Below are positions 50,575-60,452 of a DNA stretch of 64,000 nt, piece after piece (position 1 is the first letter of the stretch; every line of letters starts with the position of its first letter). Under the pieces are notes generated by a model that was given only the letters and a program-made list of their open reading frames with translations, did no database searches and was not told the DNA's origin. Origin of the DNA: a virus; IMG/VR virus record IMGVR_UViG_3300022664_000125, positions 1,362-65,361 of that record; one strand, 5' to 3'. Made by a program: the position numbers and the translations under genes.

Positions 50575-51297
50575 TTAAACGACAGCAGCAACCACTTTTG
50601 CAATATTATGTACCTTACTATTAAATGATTCTACTAATTCAACCAATGTTTCCTGATCAAAAACTTTTCGATAATCTGCAGATTCAATAAGATAATCAAT
50701 CCTAGATTTTACAGCAAATGGGAAAGCAACCCGAAGCAGAAGATTTTCTACGATATTAACTTTTGTACTGTATGCTATCGCTTCCTCTGGATTTGCTCCT
50801 TCACTAATAAGGGTCTTGGATAATTCTCTTGATTTCTCAAGATATTTTTCGGTTCTCTGTTCTGGAGTTAATGAATAAAATGATTTGTCAAAATATTCAT
50901 AAATGATCGTTGATAGAGTTTGCCGCTGAACTTCATTGGATTTCTCAAGAATTTCAAAAGTCAAACCCTTACCATAAATCTCTGGCTTTAAATTTACAAA
51001 TTCATAAATCTGTCGAATGTTTTTAAAGTAACTACCAAGAGCTTTATATAATTCATCGGACTCTTCTAATTTCTGTAGGAACTGATCAAAGTAAAGCATA
51101 TCAATTTTAACTTTGCCTTCCCAAATCAAAGCATCATATGATTCAAAAAAATCTGCACCGGCAGTAGCTTTGGTAATACCTTCTTGGATAATTGTCATAT
51201 GATCTTTCTTTTTCTCTTTCGCCTCTTGAATCTTTATAAGAGCCGATTTAGCATCTTTCATCACATCTAAATTGTAATTGTCAAAAGATAATTGCAT
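50575..51297 (-). CDS. Hypothetical helical protein
   Basis: 240-aa ORF with GGAGG RBS. Confidence 0.75.
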   Translation of the reverse strand: MQLSFDNYNLDVMKDAKSALIKIQEAKEKKKDHMTIIQEGITKATAGADFFESYDALIWEGKVKIDMLYFDQFLQKLEESDELYKALGSYFKNIRQIYEFVNLKPEIYGKGLTFEILEKSNEVQRQTLSTIIYEYFDKSFYSLTPEQRTEKYLEKSRELSKTLISEGANPEEAIAYSTKVNIVENLLLRVAFPFAVKSRIDYLIESADYRKVFDQETLVELVESFNSKVHNIAKVVAAVV

Positions 51298-51309
51298 TTG
51301 AAAATCCTC

Positions 51310-53466
51310 CTAATAATAATAATTTTGAGATTGTGTTGTAGTTAATGGTCTATTCACTTTAGATTGTACAAATGTAGCTAATGTTTGAATTCTTGATTTG
51401 TTCACATCTGTTTGGTTCATTAATTGATAATGAACTTCTCCTCTTTTAGAATCTACCACAATTAGATTCGGAACATTTAGTCGGTTGGCAATAAATTTCA
51501 CAATACTTTTAATATAAGTAGCACTTACATCTGGCATATTTACTTGTTCTTTTGTTAAGGGTGTGGAATTTGGTTGTAATGATCGCCCAATCTGTCCACC
51601 AGACAACATGTGCTTCCAGCTTTTACCCATAATTGCAGCGTGTAACGCAACTACAATTTCAACAGGAAGCACTAATGTATAATTCGGCCAAGATGTAACC
51701 TCATTCACGGACTTTTCAATTTCAACATCAGCAATTAATATAAATTTACACAATACCTCTTGAAATTTAGCTAAAAATAGAAAATATAAGATATCAACAA
51801 TCCCATCATGAAACTCTGGAATAACTTGTCGTAATATTTTATTTCTATCAGCAATTCCAAGATTCTCAAGAGTAAATTCGCTGTCAGGGGTTTGATCTTC
51901 TTCATCCACAAACTCTTTAATAAAATTCTTAACAACTTGATTAATAAGATTTTTAACTACTATCAAATTTGAATTAAATTCTCTTGAATAAGTATCGGCA
52001 ACTACTGTCTGTAATTGTTTCTCTAATCTTACAGATAGAGATTTACTAACTCCGCTAGCTTTCTCAAACATATCAACAAAATGTAGATAAGTTGAATTAT
52101 TGAATGATCCAACCGAAATAGAAGTATCTCCTGCCCAACGACTAATATTTTCGACAACTTCAACACTATCTATTGCACATAAATCTTTTAATGATTCTAT
52201 TTTTTCTTTTATATTCTCTTGTCGAAAACTCTTGTCGATATTTGCAAATAACTTTCCAACAATATCAGTTATATTATCAAACAATTCGTCATCAATTTTC
52301 TCTTTTTTCACATTAACAACATTTAAACCACTTGATGATATACTAATTAAATTACCTATTGATAATAACCAGATTGTTCCAGTAGTTCCCATAATATCTG
52401 TAAAAGAATTTATTAAAAAATTTCGATATCGGATAGATTGAGATCCAAGACTAGCTTCCTGTACTCTCACTCTACTTATTCTTTCATCGGTAGCATCAAG
52501 ACCAAAACGTCTTTCTGCCGAAGTTCGATTTAGTACAAACTTAAAATATGTTTTAGTATTATCCAAATCAGTTCGATTCAAATACAATGGTATAAATTGT
52601 TGTTGAGTTTTGAGTTCTTCTTCATTATCAATTTGAGACTGAATTTTAAATCTTTTATTACTCGCTGCCTGTTGAAGTGAAGGCAATATATTAAAACGCC
52701 TAGTAACCCGCTCAACTCCCCTTGAAATACCAATGACTCCTCGTTGAAACCAACTTCCAAGATTTTGTCGAACTGTCGGATCAGTTATTAAGTTATTTAA
52801 TAACCGCCAATATTTCTTTTCATCCAAACTTTCCAATTCTTTAAAAACAGCATCAATATTGGTTTCTGAATCTAAACTGAGATTTAATCCAATAGAAGCG
52901 ATTAGGACCCACATAAGAGTTAAAGTATCTACTTGAAACGAAGACGTACCAACGATAACGGGAACTTCAATCATGTTGCCCATTGTAATTGTTTCAATAT
53001 AGGGTCTGAATTTCGCTAATTTTGGATCTGTTTTAATAAGCTGTTGAATAACTGCTGTTTTCTGAGTAATCTTTTGTTGAAGAACTCCAGCGTAAGCAGC
53101 ATCAACATTATAGTTTGGAGAAGCAGTTCCGTAACCAGCCGAACTTATTCCCTGCTGTGCAGCGAGTGTCCGAAGGATTCCACTAGTAGGATCTACCGAT
53201 TGTTGTCGTTCATCCCAAAGTGGGCGAATTTGATTAGCGGTTCCTATAATACTAAATGCATTCTCAACAAATAAATCTGATAAGAAAGTAACAGAAATGA
53301 AATCTCTTATAAGTTGTTCAAATGGGGGAGTACTCTGAACTTTTATCTTATCCGCGATAAGGATTGGATAAATAAAAATCAATTTTAGCTGAGAATTTAT
53401 ATTTCTTTTAGGATTTCTAACTCCAGCAGTTCCTTTTGAATATTGACCATAACCTGTTATATTCAT
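51310..53466 (-). CDS. Hypothetical protein, possibly virion-associated
   Basis: 718-aa ORF in the structural block. Confidence 0.7.
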   Translation of the reverse strand: MNITGYGQYSKGTAGVRNPKRNINSQLKLIFIYPILIADKIKVQSTPPFEQLIRDFISVTFLSDLFVENAFSIIGTANQIRPLWDERQQSVDPTSGILRTLAAQQGISSAGYGTASPNYNVDAAYAGVLQQKITQKTAVIQQLIKTDPKLAKFRPYIETITMGNMIEVPVIVGTSSFQVDTLTLMWVLIASIGLNLSLDSETNIDAVFKELESLDEKKYWRLLNNLITDPTVRQNLGSWFQRGVIGISRGVERVTRRFNILPSLQQAASNKRFKIQSQIDNEEELKTQQQFIPLYLNRTDLDNTKTYFKFVLNRTSAERRFGLDATDERISRVRVQEASLGSQSIRYRNFLINSFTDIMGTTGTIWLLSIGNLISISSSGLNVVNVKKEKIDDELFDNITDIVGKLFANIDKSFRQENIKEKIESLKDLCAIDSVEVVENISRWAGDTSISVGSFNNSTYLHFVDMFEKASGVSKSLSVRLEKQLQTVVADTYSREFNSNLIVVKNLINQVVKNFIKEFVDEEDQTPDSEFTLENLGIADRNKILRQVIPEFHDGIVDILYFLFLAKFQEVLCKFILIADVEIEKSVNEVTSWPNYTLVLPVEIVVALHAAIMGKSWKHMLSGGQIGRSLQPNSTPLTKEQVNMPDVSATYIKSIVKFIANRLNVPNLIVVDSKRGEVHYQLMNQTDVNKSRIQTLATFVQSKVNRPLTTTQSQNYYY

Positions 53467-53483
53467 AATATACTATTATCACC

Positions 53484-54386
53484 TCACTTATGTTTAATAT
53501 CTTTTAAGATAATACTCAGTTCTTTATCTAAATTTGGATAAATCTTTTTATACTCATCTAATATTTTATCAGACATCTCATTAATTCGTTTCGAACTTGC
53601 AGGATGTGTTGACGGTATAAACCAACTGTTGATAAAACTCCATAATTTTTCATACCATGATCTGTGTTTTTCTACTTCAACTTGTCTACTATGGAGTTTA
53701 TAAAGAACTTTTACAAATTCATCACCATAACCATATTTAATCGGAAACTGATCTGCTCGATATTCACTCTTATGTTCCAAAAATGTAAGAGAACGAGTTA
53801 AAGTAATAACAATTAAGCTAGCAATCGCGTAAGATGGAAGAGAAAGAAGATTCAATATTGCTAGAATTGGTGTTTTGAATATTTCTCCAACAAATCCAAC
53901 AAATTTTTGAAAAACATTTAATAATAATCTAGGAAGATTTGAAGTGTAAGTATATACATGTCCAAGTTCATGTAAAAGAATTGATGTTAATTCTCTTGGA
54001 GAAAACATATTAATTAAATCAATTCCTATAATAATGTATACTTTTTTAATATATTTTGATGGTTCTTCAATTACATTTAGATTTTTAAGATTCTCCCCAG
54101 ATTCAAAATCTTTTAACAAATTGATAAGATCTGTAGATATTGTTTGATTGTAAATCGGTATTACGGATGCATTAGTATATTTTGGTTTTAAAGTTAGAAC
54201 TACGTGCTTAACTGAAGTAAATTCTTTAATTTTCTGTGTAAGTTCTTTTTTAGCGGCGAGATCTTTGTTGTTCTCCTTTATTCGAGAAAATATTTTATCT
54301 ATATCTTTCAGTATGTCACTTCTATATTTCGATACTTCAAAAATTAATTCTTGAATTTCAAAATTGTCCATAATTTTCCTCAACAA
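53484..54386 (-). CDS. M48-family-like zinc metallopeptidase
   Basis: ELTSILLHELGH, EYRADQF and STHP..KRI motifs. Confidence 0.8.
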   Translation of the reverse strand: MLRKIMDNFEIQELIFEVSKYRSDILKDIDKIFSRIKENNKDLAAKKELTQKIKEFTSVKHVVLTLKPKYTNASVIPIYNQTISTDLINLLKDFESGENLKNLNVIEEPSKYIKKVYIIIGIDLINMFSPRELTSILLHELGHVYTYTSNLPRLLLNVFQKFVGFVGEIFKTPILAILNLLSLPSYAIASLIVITLTRSLTFLEHKSEYRADQFPIKYGYGDEFVKVLYKLHSRQVEVEKHRSWYEKLWSFINSWFIPSTHPASSKRINEMSDKILDEYKKIYPNLDKELSIILKDIKHK

Positions 54387-55672
54387 TCTCTTCTAAAAAT
54401 GAATTGATAGCCTCGATGGATACATGTAAAACGATTAGATCCAAGTAAATATGGAATAGCAAGTTCTCCTTTACCTTCAAATGTATCAACATCAAATGTA
54501 TCGTCAAACATAATATAGCCACCGATACTCACTTTATCAATAGCTTCTAATAGTAATTTTAAATGATATATCCCAGAATCATAAGAATCCTTTACCCAAT
54601 CAATTGTATCAAGATATAATAAATCAATATTATTATACTTTATATTTCTCAAAAATTCAATTCCGTCTTTTTGAGTTAGAGCAACAGAAGTAGATTTATC
54701 AGATCCTGTAATATATTTCTTTAAAACCTCTGTACATTTTAATAAATTATCTTTATTGATATCACATCCATGATATGATCCACCGTATTTAGAAATATAC
54801 CAAGCCCAGATTGAAGTAGAATCTCCATCACTCAAATTACCAGGATTTCTTGTCACCCCAACTTCAACAATTAATGGATTGATTTTCTTATTTTTATAAA
54901 GATCTTCAAGAACTGTTTTAAAACTATCATGCCGATTTTTACTAGTATGAAATACTTCTGGTGCATCGGCAAAATCTAAACTTGGTCTATCATCAACGTC
55001 CCAATCAACATAATGTGCTTGAGTCCATTTATTATCAACTTTAAAATCTTTGATGAAAACAATATTTTCGGGTTTAGTTTTATTATTTACGATTGTCCCA
55101 AACCAATATTCCAAAATGTAATTGGTATGAGGAGCAACTTGTTTAAATTCTTCCCACGATTGACATCTAGGTATAACTAAATTATACCATTCCATGTCAC
55201 ATGAAAAGAGATCTGTCCGGTACATATTATCCTGATAGTGAACAAAGAATGCTACTTTATCTTCAGAATTATTTTCTTCAAATAATTTCATATATTGATC
55301 AAAATCATAGTCTAAATCAGATTCAACATAATGAATAGTGTGGTATCTTTCTTTAATTAATAACAAATCTATGGCATTTCTAATATTCATTAAACATGCA
55401 ACCCCATGATAATCAACATTAGAAATCCTATCTTGTTTAACGCCATCTTTCATACGCCAGAAAGATAATCTCCAATTATCACTTAGAATATTTTCTTTTT
55501 CATAAATATAATAATCCACCAATCCTTGAACTTCTTCAGTTACAGGATAATGAGTAACTAAACAAACTGGAAAATTCTTCTCTTTTAAGAACTTAATTTT
55601 ATTGATTAAAAATTTTGTCTTTTCTTTTGTATTCGGCCAAGCGCCAATTACAAATATAATTTTATTGTTCAA
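54380..55672 (-). CDS. Two-domain protein: glycosyltransferase-like N-terminus and class I SAM methyltransferase
   Basis: YVESD (DxD-like) in the N-terminal domain; IVEVG, GCDIN, IDLLYLD and GGYIMFDD in the C-terminal domain. Confidence 0.65.
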   Translation of the reverse strand: MNNKIIFVIGAWPNTKEKTKFLINKIKFLKEKNFPVCLVTHYPVTEEVQGLVDYYIYEKENILSDNWRLSFWRMKDGVKQDRISNVDYHGVACLMNIRNAIDLLLIKERYHTIHYVESDLDYDFDQYMKLFEENNSEDKVAFFVHYQDNMYRTDLFSCDMEWYNLVIPRCQSWEEFKQVAPHTNYILEYWFGTIVNNKTKPENIVFIKDFKVDNKWTQAHYVDWDVDDRPSLDFADAPEVFHTSKNRHDSFKTVLEDLYKNKKINPLIVEVGVTRNPGNLSDGDSTSIWAWYISKYGGSYHGCDINKDNLLKCTEVLKKYITGSDKSTSVALTQKDGIEFLRNIKYNNIDLLYLDTIDWVKDSYDSGIYHLKLLLEAIDKVSIGGYIMFDDTFDVDTFEGKGELAIPYLLGSNRFTCIHRGYQFIFRRDC

Positions 55673-55821
55673 AACTTACGCCTCCATATTTTATGTCTAA
55701 AAATGCTTAAAAATTATCATATTATTTCTATATGAAACCATTTTTTTCTGATATTCAAAAGATTTATATAGAAATTATTATAATATCGAATCAACTAAAT
55801 AGTGAAAGGAGATAAGAACAT

Positions 55822-56151
55822 ATGAAAAAATTCTTTGTAACTTTGGCAGTATTTGTGATGTTGGTAATCGCCGGATCAGCTTTTGCTGGTCCGATTGATT
55901 GGATGGCTGATAAACTGGGATACGTCCCGGAAACTCAGTTGGTTGCCGCGCAGGCGGAAACCGCGAAAGCTGTTGCTGCCGCGAAAGAAGCAACAACTGC
56001 TGCAAACAATGCAGCAGATATTGCTGGCAAGGCAACAACTTACGGAATCTTCATGACCGCCCTTTTGGGTGGTCTGGCAATTTTCCGTAAGAAAATCGCC
56101 AAGAAGATTCTTGCGGAGAAGCCTGCAAAGGCCGAGCCGAAAGAAGTCTAA
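55822..56151 (+). CDS. Small membrane-anchored exported protein
   Basis: Signal peptide ending AFA, Ala-rich helix, C-terminal TM helix plus basic tail; AAGGAG RBS; UUCG terminator near 56247. Confidence 0.75.
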   Translation: MKKFFVTLAVFVMLVIAGSAFAGPIDWMADKLGYVPETQLVAAQAETAKAVAAAKEATTAANNAADIAGKATTYGIFMTALLGGLAIFRKKIAKKILAEKPAKAEPKEV

Positions 56152-56278
56152 AAAACGGGCAACATCCGAACTTTCACCGGATGTAAAACTAGTGAAATGT
56201 AATACTCTGGGGCAGTACCAGGGGGCTTGGCAAGCCGTCAAACGCTACACGCTTTCGGGCGTGTTTTCTTTTTGTTTT

Positions 56279-56731
56279 TTATGCAACATCTTTTGCAAAA
56301 TTCTTAGCAGCTTCTTCTGCTTGCTCTTTAGTTTTAATTATATATTCTTTTCCAGATTCATTTCCACAAGTATCAGATTTAACTTTCTCACCAATTTCAA
56401 AACCATGAATAGCTCGATGACTCCAACCATAACATTTCTTATTTGGTGACCATCCCCAAGAGGTCACCGAATGATTTGGATTTAGTTTTTGAGCATTAAT
56501 TTCTAACCAATCTTGAAATCTCACTTTTGGTTTTTTATTAGCATATCTAGGAAGATTTTTGAAATCTCTTTCTTCCGGTGGAATATCTGTAAATAAATAT
56601 CTTGTTGTTTTAAATGTCTTAATCCTATTTGTTTTAGGATTAAGCTTTTTATTTTTTTCTTTATGGATTAATGGAACTTTATATTGTCCAGAACTCTCAT
56701 CTCTCTCAAATAAATAATATAAAGATAACAT
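56279..56731 (-). CDS. Hypothetical phage protein
   Basis: 150 aa; GWSP..KCYGWSHRAIHGF motif. Confidence 0.7.
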   Translation of the reverse strand: MLSLYYLFERDESSGQYKVPLIHKEKNKKLNPKTNRIKTFKTTRYLFTDIPPEERDFKNLPRYANKKPKVRFQDWLEINAQKLNPNHSVTSWGWSPNKKCYGWSHRAIHGFEIGEKVKSDTCGNESGKEYIIKTKEQAEEAAKNFAKDVA

Positions 56732-56736
56732 TTTTA

Positions 56737-57276
56737 TTAATTCCTTTCTGAATCAAATTTGTTTACAAAGTTTTCAATATTTGGATCTATGAAATATTCA
56801 TAATTCTCTCTGATTTTTTCAATCGGCCAATTCCACCAAGCGATCTTAAGAAGACGATTTATAATTTCTTGACTGAATCTGTACCTTACAATTTTTGCTG
56901 GATTACCAACAACAATTGCATATGGTGGAATTTCTTTAGCTACAACAGCGGCAGTTCCAACAACTGCCCCATTTGAAATTTTAACTCCTGACATAATAGT
57001 TACATCTTGACCAATCCATACATCATTTTCAATAACTATATCACCCCTTGTTAATCCGGTTACAGGATAAGGATTAGGTAAGCCGGCAAAGATATCAGGA
57101 ATTATATTAACAAAATTAGTAGTCATAACTAAATGAGTAGCGTGATTGCCACCAAGCATTACAGTGAGACCACTAGCAATTGAACAAAAGTTTCCAACTA
57201 TAAGATTGCTTGCTGGAAAAACATTTTTAACATTCCCAACAATATAACTATGTTTACCTAAAGTAGTTGTACCCAT
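56737..57276 (-). CDS. CatB/Vat-related hexapeptide-repeat O-acetyltransferase
   Basis: VGNFCSIA, GDIVIENDVWIG, PYAIVVGNPAK and IAWWNW motifs. Confidence 0.9.
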   Translation of the reverse strand: MGTTTLGKHSYIVGNVKNVFPASNLIVGNFCSIASGLTVMLGGNHATHLVMTTNFVNIIPDIFAGLPNPYPVTGLTRGDIVIENDVWIGQDVTIMSGVKISNGAVVGTAAVVAKEIPPYAIVVGNPAKIVRYRFSQEIINRLLKIAWWNWPIEKIRENYEYFIDPNIENFVNKFDSERN

Positions 57277-57279
57277 TTA

Positions 57280-57891
57280 CTATTCCTTCCAAAGTTTATC
57301 TATTAAATCATATACAAAATCTTCTTGTTCTTTAGTAAATTTCCAGCGTTTATTTATGTTCTTTTTCGCCCATTCATATGGATCTGTCTTCTTTTCTTCT
57401 GCCATAGCTAACCAATCAGCTATCATTGCAGATATATATGTCAATGGCATTTTAGTAGCATCGACAGTCTTCTCTGGTGGTTTATCCCTATCAGTAGAGT
57501 TTAAATTTTTAATGGTTAATTCATCATCCCAATAATCGGGATGATGTTTATTTGTTGATATGTGATGAAAAGTTGCATTATTCATCTGTCGTTCGACTAT
57601 ATTAGATGGTATATATTCTGCACCACGTTCTTTCATATGATGTTTCCAATTTATATGTAAATATGGTGTATATTCCGGCTCTTTAAATTTACTCAAATCA
57701 TGATATTCTTTTTCCTCTTCGAGTATGGCGCGATCTAAACGAGGATCATTTAAAGCAATAATTTTATCAATATATTTTCGAACTAAAGATATATGATAAT
57801 TTGTTCTGTTTTCAAAATGTTGTATCATAGAATAAGTAGTTTTTCCAGCCCTTCTTGAATTTTCAAATATAACATGAGCAGTTGATATCAT
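57280..57891 (-). CDS. HD-like hydrolase (DUF5662-like)
   Basis: HDLSKF, HHISTNKHHPDYW and MIADWLAM motifs. Confidence 0.7.
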   Translation of the reverse strand: MISTAHVIFENSRRAGKTTYSMIQHFENRTNYHISLVRKYIDKIIALNDPRLDRAILEEEKEYHDLSKFKEPEYTPYLHINWKHHMKERGAEYIPSNIVERQMNNATFHHISTNKHHPDYWDDELTIKNLNSTDRDKPPEKTVDATKMPLTYISAMIADWLAMAEEKKTDPYEWAKKNINKRWKFTKEQEDFVYDLIDKLWKE

Positions 57892-58056
57892 TTTTTATTC
57901 TCCACACCTATTTTAGATTTGTTATCTCTTAAAGATACTCTTACGAGTGAGCACGTACTACCAATAAATTTTTCACATTTATCACAAGCTAATTTCTTAT
58001 GAATACAATATTCTGGTTTTAACCATTTTAACATCGTATTTCTCCCAATTAATAAA

Positions 58057-59082
58057 TTATCTTCCGTTTCCGTTTCTTCCACAAAGATCACAAACTCCTC
58101 TGGAATATAAGCAAAAGAAACATGCTTTTGTATCAATAAAAGGATCATCTGCCGGTGGAATAATATTATTATCGATATAGTAATTAATATATTTTATTTT
58201 ATTTTCAACATATTCAAGATATTTCTCAGTGACATCATTAATAGTATCGATTACTAAAGTTGTCATAAAGAAGAAAGAGTTTGATTTAGAATTAAGTAAT
58301 TTTTTAAGATCTTTAATTTTATTCAATACTTCACTAAAACTTTCAACATCAGTTGCCGTTACATCATGAGCAATATAAATAAATTGAACAGTTTGAATGT
58401 CATATTTTTCAAATTTTGGTTTCATTGTTCCTTTTCGAATCTTAATATTTGGATCTCTAGCTTCAGCTAAATGCTTTTCAAGAATATATTTATAAACCAT
58501 TGTCTGATAAAAATCAGAAACTCTTGGTTTTCTAGTCCTAATAATTTTTTCATAATCCGAATATGTACAGCTTTTAATTTCTACGAGAATGTTTGGGCCT
58601 ATCAAATTATCCAATCTTCCAGAAAATCTAATAGACGGGACTTTAAGTGATACTTCTCTTTCAGTAAATTGATCAGTATTAGACTGTATAAAATCATGAA
58701 TTGCGGTTCCAATAGTTGATCTCATTAAGATAGGAAGCCACTTGTCCGCAAAAGATTCAACAGGTGTATTTGTTAATTTATAAAAAATATCTCGAATACA
58801 ACCAGATGAAATATCATATGCACTAATGTTTTGAACTGCATCTCTATACAATTGATTTTTTACCGATGATCTTTCAAATAATTCCTGATTAAATGTATCA
58901 ATATTAAATGGTGAATAACTGGTTGGTAGATTCGGCAAGATCTCAAAAGGAACATTCAAATTAGGTGCCTCAGAAGATTCTGGAATAATAATTTCCGGAG
59001 ATTGTGTCGTTTCTGAGATTTTTTTCTTTTCTACTTTATTTGGAACTTGTAACATCTTTAGTAAATCATTAAATTCACTCAC
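58057..59082 (-). CDS. Cas4-like PD-(D/E)XK exonuclease
   Basis: N-terminal GCIR, GTAIH, GRLD..LVEIKS, QxxxY and C-terminal CFFC....C (split four-Cys cluster). Confidence 0.8.
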   Translation of the reverse strand: MSEFNDLLKMLQVPNKVEKKKISETTQSPEIIIPESSEAPNLNVPFEILPNLPTSYSPFNIDTFNQELFERSSVKNQLYRDAVQNISAYDISSGCIRDIFYKLTNTPVESFADKWLPILMRSTIGTAIHDFIQSNTDQFTEREVSLKVPSIRFSGRLDNLIGPNILVEIKSCTYSDYEKIIRTRKPRVSDFYQTMVYKYILEKHLAEARDPNIKIRKGTMKPKFEKYDIQTVQFIYIAHDVTATDVESFSEVLNKIKDLKKLLNSKSNSFFFMTTLVIDTINDVTEKYLEYVENKIKYINYYIDNNIIPPADDPFIDTKACFFCLYSRGVCDLCGRNGNGR

Positions 59083-59145
59083 ACTGCGCCTCCAACATTT
59101 TTTCTTTTACATTTGTAATTTCTATATAATTTATGAAGTAAAGGA

Positions 59146-59175
59146 TTTTTGGGTGGTATTGCTACCACCCAAAAA
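59146..59175 (-). terminator. Hairpin/terminator
   Basis: TTTTTGGGTGGTA-ttgc-TACCACCCAAAAA downstream of 59187..59444. Confidence 0.65.
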
Positions 59176-59186
59176 TTCAAAAATTA

Positions 59187-59444
59187 TTATTTCTTTTCAT
59201 TTCCAAAATTTGCAGCCGCCTGACGAGCAGCCATAAGACCTTTCATACCATACTTCGTAATAAGCTGTTTCTTTGTCAGCTTGTATGCCTTCTTAAAACG
59301 AATCATCTTAGTATAAAGAGGATCTTTCTTTTCACGAGCAATTTTAACTGCAAAAGCTCCCTTAAGAGCAGCAATTTTTTCCAAGCGTCCACGAGCAATC
59401 ATGCTCCTACCAAAAGCTTCATTCAATACTTTTTCATCTGACAT
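59187..59444 (-). CDS. Small basic protein, possible internal head protein
   Basis: 85 aa, Lys/Arg-rich; AGGAGG RBS. Confidence 0.7.
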   Translation of the reverse strand: MSDEKVLNEAFGRSMIARGRLEKIAALKGAFAVKIAREKKDPLYTKMIRFKKAYKLTKKQLITKYGMKGLMAARQAAANFGNEKK

Positions 59445-59447
59445 TTT

Positions 59448-60437
59448 TTAGTTCCTCCTGAAATTTGGATTGTAGTGTTGACCACCAATTTGTGGTCTAT
59501 TTAATTTTGGTTGAAATTGAGATGATTTAGCAACTTGTGCTGGAAATTTTTCACCACTATAACGCTGCATATCTTTATCATTAATTCTTTGAATTGTTTG
59601 CCGTGATTCATATATCTTTGATCGCAGTTTATTAATTTTTTCCAAACGTTTATCTTCTTCTAATCTACCATCATAAACTAACTCTAAAACTCTATAAAAA
59701 TTATCTAATGCTTCTCTAGCAGCTGTATAATAACTCTCACAAGCAGCAGCAACATTTGTACTAGAAACCATTTTCACAATATCATCAGAATCTGTTTTTT
59801 GAACTACATCAAATGCCCCAGTTCGCTTTAAGCAGGCAAAATAATTTTCCATATGAAGCCCGATCAAATCAATCAATTCTCCAATATAACACTCTCTGAG
59901 ACATTTTCCTTGTTCTACACTTTTTGCACCACCGATAGAAGATGATGACTTAATAGCAAGAGGTGTAAGCAGCTTAATATCAGATAGTTTTGTTATTCCA
60001 CAATTAGCATAACATTTTCGAGTATTCTCATAAACGATTGCTGATCGAATTTGCCAATACTTACCACCTCGTGCAAGTTTTCGACCAAGAGTTTCAATAG
60101 ATTCTCCAATAGATGAAAGAATTTTTGCAAATGAACGTGCAAATGGTTTCCCCATTAATAACGCAACAATACCACCCAACATTAGCCCAGCGGGAATAGT
60201 AACAATAAATTCTTCTGTAAGTGTTTCCTGCATATAGATACTATCGAGATAATTTTTAAATATTCTTTGTTGTTTTAATCTTGTAATTTCATATAATTCA
60301 TTATAAAGGGGTAGATCATATTCCTGAAGAAATTTAACAACGTCAAAAAGATCTTCAAAAATCTGGTCTGGTGTTTGTTCCAGACCAGAATCCATAATAT
60401 ATGCTTCACTAATTCCTTTTAAAAATCTAACATCCAT
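59448..60437 (-). CDS. Hypothetical protein with one hydrophobic helix
   Basis: 329-aa ORF. Confidence 0.7.
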   Translation of the reverse strand: MDVRFLKGISEAYIMDSGLEQTPDQIFEDLFDVVKFLQEYDLPLYNELYEITRLKQQRIFKNYLDSIYMQETLTEEFIVTIPAGLMLGGIVALLMGKPFARSFAKILSSIGESIETLGRKLARGGKYWQIRSAIVYENTRKCYANCGITKLSDIKLLTPLAIKSSSSIGGAKSVEQGKCLRECYIGELIDLIGLHMENYFACLKRTGAFDVVQKTDSDDIVKMVSSTNVAAACESYYTAAREALDNFYRVLELVYDGRLEEDKRLEKINKLRSKIYESRQTIQRINDKDMQRYSGEKFPAQVAKSSQFQPKLNRPQIGGQHYNPNFRRN

Positions 60438-60452
60438 AATAGATTCTCCAAC

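Noticed and set aside
56152..56200. c-di-GMP-I riboswitch
   Set aside because: Only a loose GGCAA...AAAAC resemblance; it lacks the GNRA loop and second stem and lies 3' of a gene
56737..57276. Antibiotic resistance gene (catB/vat)
   Set aside because: Family motifs only; the context favours a sugar O-acetyltransferase and the substrate cannot be read from sequence
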